Assembly (NCBI GenBank): GCA_002747825.1
Contig: PDQQ01000010.1
Coordinates: 32,461 to 96,460, forward strand
Direction of reading: 5' to 3'
DNA from: Deltaproteobacteria bacterium
GTDB lineage: Bacteria > Desulfobacterota > Desulfobulbia > Desulfobulbales > Desulfocapsaceae
DNA: 64,000 nucleotides
In this document: positions 60,756-64,000 of the stretch, piece by piece
How positions within the stretch are numbered: the stretch's first letter is position 1
How the letters are laid out: every line of letters begins with the position of its first letter
Notes under the pieces: model-generated
Databases searched by the model: none
What the model was told of the DNA's origin: nothing
Seen by the model: only the letters and a program-made list of their open reading frames with translations
Position numbers and translations under genes: made by a program

Positions 60756-61493
60756 ATGTATAGACAGGCCATTGGCATACAAGATTTTAAGATACCCATT
60801 CGCATCAGAGAAAAGGAGGGGCGGCTGCAAAATACAATCGCGACCATCTCGATGCAGGCCACCCTGCCCAGCACCAATACAAAAGACTGGGCGGCAATCT
60901 TTACCCAGGTCACCCACAAGTATCTTGACATCGTCTCGGTGGAGAGTTTTGCCACAATACTCTCCCAGCTCTCAACAGAACTCGATGCGGCACGCCTCGA
61001 GCTTGAGGTGGATTTTCCGTATTTTCTTGTAAAACGAGCCCCTGTAAGTGAAGAACCCGGTCTTATGGAGTACCACTGCTCCTTTTCTGGTGGTATCGGG
61101 GAAAAAGAGGATTTTATGCTTTCCGTTTGTGTTCCTGTTACCACCTTATGCCCCTGCTCCAAAGAGATCAGCGAGGCCGGAGCCCACAACCAGCGCAGCA
61201 AGGTGAAGCTCAGCGTGACCTGCAAGAAAACAATATGGCTGGAAGACCTTATTACGCTCGTCGAACAGTCAGGATCCTGCGAGGTCTATTCGCTGCTCAA
61301 GCGTCCAGATGAGAAATACGTTACAGAAAAGGCCTACAATAACCCTATGTTTGTCGAAGACGTTGTCAGAAAGCTGGCCCTGCTTGCCCTTGACCATCCA
61401 GATATTGGCTGGTTTTCGGCAAGTGTTGAGAGCTACGAGTCAATTCATAAACACAACGCCTATGCCTATGTAGACAGCGATAAGATTCGTTAA
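60756..61493 (+). CDS. folE2: GTP cyclohydrolase IB (FolE2) family protein
   Basis: TTLCPCSKEIS, AHNQRS, LLKRPDEK, NPMFVED and ESIHKHNA. Confidence 0.88.
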   Translation: MYRQAIGIQDFKIPIRIREKEGRLQNTIATISMQATLPSTNTKDWAAIFTQVTHKYLDIVSVESFATILSQLSTELDAARLELEVDFPYFLVKRAPVSEEPGLMEYHCSFSGGIGEKEDFMLSVCVPVTTLCPCSKEISEAGAHNQRSKVKLSVTCKKTIWLEDLITLVEQSGSCEVYSLLKRPDEKYVTEKAYNNPMFVEDVVRKLALLALDHPDIGWFSASVESYESIHKHNAYAYVDSDKIR

Positions 61494-61543
61494 CCGGTAC
61501 ACCGTTGAGCTCACCGGCGAGGGGCCCGAGGCCGGTGAAACAT

Positions 61544-61747
61544 TCAGTGAAAACGACCGCCGGAGCAGCTGGTCTCTTTTTTGCCATCCAGCATCCTTCG
61601 CAAGGTCTCCCATTCACGGACAGCGGCTTTACGCTCAACGGCAAGTTTGTCTTTTTCTGAGAGCTCGCAGGCTGCAAGCTGTTTTTCCAGGGTATCGACC
61701 TTTTGTCTGGCCTTATAGAGTTCAATTGCGAGTAAACGTATTGACAT
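61544..61747 (-). CDS. Small coiled-coil hypothetical protein
   Basis: GAGG-containing RBS; helical charged sequence; codirectional with darP. Confidence 0.65.
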   Translation of the reverse strand: MSIRLLAIELYKARQKVDTLEKQLAACELSEKDKLAVERKAAVREWETLRRMLDGKKETSCSGGRFH

Positions 61748-61810
61748 CTTCTCTCTCCTCGTCGAACATTGCTTATCAGAAGTTCGATAAAATACTCATG
61801 AAAATCTCGA

Positions 61811-62377
61811 CTAAACGGACCTATCCGAATCAGCCGTATGTCCGGCAAGCATTTCATTTTTTTCGATCGCCGCCTTTATCACCCGGAAAATGGTGCGGTA
61901 ATGGTTGTGCTGCCGGGTTCTGACAAACTGATAGACAGCCCGCCGCAGTTCGCCTTCGTCCATATGATACCTCTGGACCAGGTCTTCAAGGGCTGCTGCC
62001 GGCCAGTCCGTCTCCCATGCAAGCCGCTGCTGTCGACAGCGTTCAGCATCTTCAATTGCTTCACTGACGAGCAGGTCGCGAAGCCGTTCCGCCTCATGCT
62101 GCAGATTGTTTTCTTTGAGTTTTGAGCCTTTGCGAACAGCGAGAAAGGATAAGACCTCTTCCGCAGACTCTTCGCGCAGCAGTTTGGTTACATATTTTAT
62201 CTGCCTGTTCCGGGCGCCACCCTTCACACTGCGACAGCGGAGGATCTCTTGTTTCAAGTCGGCGCTTACAGGGAGCCTTTTCAGCTCACTGTCTGAGAGC
62301 TGCGCCAGCTCTGAGGCGGCCTTTTCTTCTCTTTTGCAGCGTCTCTTCAACTCGGATTTACTGATTTTCCCGGCCAT
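61811..62377 (-). CDS. darP: Ribosome biogenesis factor YjgA/DarP family
   Basis: SKSELKR, GARNRQIKYVTKLLR and AERLRDLL. Confidence 0.85.
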   Translation of the reverse strand: MAGKISKSELKRRCKREEKAASELAQLSDSELKRLPVSADLKQEILRCRSVKGGARNRQIKYVTKLLREESAEEVLSFLAVRKGSKLKENNLQHEAERLRDLLVSEAIEDAERCRQQRLAWETDWPAAALEDLVQRYHMDEGELRRAVYQFVRTRQHNHYRTIFRVIKAAIEKNEMLAGHTADSDRSV

Positions 62378-62400
62378 GTTTGTTTGAGGTTCCCGGTTTT

Positions 62401-62745
62401 TTTCTTCGTTATGACTGACAGGCTATTTGGTCCAGCCTTGCTGGTTTATCTACAACCCGCTGCGGAGACGGGAGGCGTATATCCCGAAGCTCTACATTTC
62501 TTTCTTCGTTATGACTTACAGGCTATTTGTCCAGCCTTGCTGGTTTATCTACAACCCGCTGCGGAGACGGGAGGCATATATCCCGAAGCTCTACATTTTT
62601 TTCTTCGTTATGACTTACAGGCTGTTTGGTCCAGCCTTGCTGATTTATCTACAACCCGCTGCGGAGACGGAAGGCATATATCCCGAAGCTCTACATTTTT
62701 TTCTTCGTTATGACTTACAGGCTGTTTGGTCCAGCCTTGCTGGTT
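62401..62745. repeat. Tandem array of ~100-bp units (about 3.4 copies)
   Basis: Units start at 62401, 62501, 62600 and 62700, with few substitutions and one 1-nt deletion. Confidence 0.95.
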
Positions 62746-64000
62746 AACAGGGATGGTTCATAATCCGATGGCGGTGTCAGCCCAAGCAGCGTACAAAGGG
62801 TTGCGGCAACGTTGGCAAGACCGGGATTTTCAACTCCAGAGAGGGTATAGGTATTGACCTTGCTGTAGTCGACAACCACAAAGGGGACCGGGTTCAGGGT
62901 ATGAGCTACCATCGGAACTCTCTGGCCATTTTTCTCTGTCCATAGACAGTCGGCATTACCGTGGTCAGCGGTTATAACGAGAACCCCGCCAACCTGCTTG
63001 AGGGCCTTTTCGATCCGGCCAAGACAGATATCAACGGTCTCCACCGCCACCCTGACGGCGGCAACCTTCCCGGTATGACCGACCATATCGCCATTGGCAA
63101 AATTGAGCCGAATGAAGTCATAAGAGCCCGATTGTACGGCGGCAATAACCTTGTCTGTAATTTCACCTGCCTTCATCCACGGCTTCAAATCAAAGGTGAT
63201 CGTATCAGAGGGGATTTCGACATAGGTCTCCAGTTGAGGATCTATATACCCGGATTTGTTTCCATTCCAGAAATAGGTCACATGCCCGTATTTTTGGGTC
63301 TCAGAGATGGCATAGGTGGAGATGCCGCTGGCACAAAAATACTCTCCAAGGGTTCTGTCGATCGCCGGCGGCTGGACCAGATACCTTTGGGGGATAGCCA
63401 GATCACCATCGTACTGCATCATGCCCGCATAAAAGACCTCCGGCACTCGTACCCGCTCAAACTCGGTAAAGTCAGGTTCTTCAAAGGCCCTGGAGATTTC
63501 GATGGCCCTGTCCCCGCGAAAGTTGAAAAAAACCACCCCATCGCCATCTTCAATGGTACCGACGGGGCTGCCAGCATCATCGACAATAACAAAACTGTCC
63601 ATATACTGGTCAGTAAGTTCAGGATCTTCATCGTAATAGGTGGAAACCGCCTCACTTGCCGTGGCAAAGGGCCTGCCAATTCCGAGGACATGCGCCTTCC
63701 AGCCCCTTTCTACAATATCCCAGTTGGCATTGTAACGATCCATGGTGGTCAGCATACGTCCCCCACCCGAGGCAATTTGATAGTCAAACGGAGCTGCGAG
63801 AGACTGTATCTTTTTTTCGAGCGCGTCGATATAGATAAGGGCACTTTTTTGCTCGACATCCCGTCCGTCAAGAAGGATATGGAAGCGGACCCTGACAATT
63901 GTTTCGGCGACACATTGATCAATGAGCAGAAACAGGTGATCGATATGAGAGTGTACATTGCCGTCGGAAAGCAGGCCAATGAAATGGAGTGTTCCGCCGG
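62715..64000 (-). CDS. gpmI: 2,3-bisphosphoglycerate-independent phosphoglycerate mutase, 5' part outside the window
   Basis: NFRGDRA, ETQKYGHVTYF, NGDMVGHTG, TADHGNAD and HTLNPVP. Confidence 0.96.
   Translation of the reverse strand, partial: GGTLHFIGLLSDGNVHSHIDHLFLLIDQCVAETIVRVRFHILLDGRDVEQKSALIYIDALEKKIQSLAAPFDYQIASGGGRMLTTMDRYNANWDIVERGWKAHVLGIGRPFATASEAVSTYYDEDPELTDQYMDSFVIVDDAGSPVGTIEDGDGVVFFNFRGDRAIEISRAFEEPDFTEFERVRVPEVFYAGMMQYDGDLAIPQRYLVQPPAIDRTLGEYFCASGISTYAISETQKYGHVTYFWNGNKSGYIDPQLETYVEIPSDTITFDLKPWMKAGEITDKVIAAVQSGSYDFIRLNFANGDMVGHTGKVAAVRVAVETVDICLGRIEKALKQVGGVLVITADHGNADCLWTEKNGQRVPMVAHTLNPVPFVVVDYSKVNTYTLSGVENPGLANVAATLCTLLGLTPPSDYEPSLLTSKAGPNSL

Noticed and set aside
62401-62745. 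CRISPR array or repeat-protein ORFs (62384-62713, 62427-62747)
   Set aside because: No unique spacers, no cas genes, and the mostly 100-nt period shifts frame between units

Overview
Bacterial chromosomal segment. Gene content and codon style suggest a Desulfobulbales/Desulfocapsaceae-like sulfate reducer (inference). Most of it is housekeeping: the rimP-nusA-ylxR-infB-rbfA-nrnA-truB-rpsO-pnp-dut operon, topoisomerase III, rsfS, thrC, two tatA, asnS, argC, truA, rplM-rpsI, tRNA-Gly, hisB, ttcA, crcB, lptG, selU, purN, a stand-alone IMP cyclohydrolase, folE2, darP and gpmI. The standout is a gene the ORF track misses (42474-42938, minus strand). It encodes a 154-aa SbtA/selenobiotic-type RiPP precursor with four in-frame UGA codons. 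Each UGA sits in an S-G-U-(G/S)-G motif and is followed by its own SECIS-like hairpin with GG at +22/+23. The gene has a sigma70 promoter, a terminator and an adjacent SbtM-type radical SAM/SPASM maturase. Also notable: an AT-rich 11-kb amino-acid oxidation island (dehydrogenase, 2-oxoacid:ferredoxin oxidoreductase, ADP-forming acyl-CoA synthetase); a split TrcP-like deaminase plus pseudouridine synthase pair; a 221-bp MITE with TIRs and a 4-bp target duplication; a REP-like palindrome family; a ~100-bp tandem array built from the gpmI 3' end; and a tandem-RHH candidate regulator divergent from hsp20. All family assignments come from motif recognition, not database searches.
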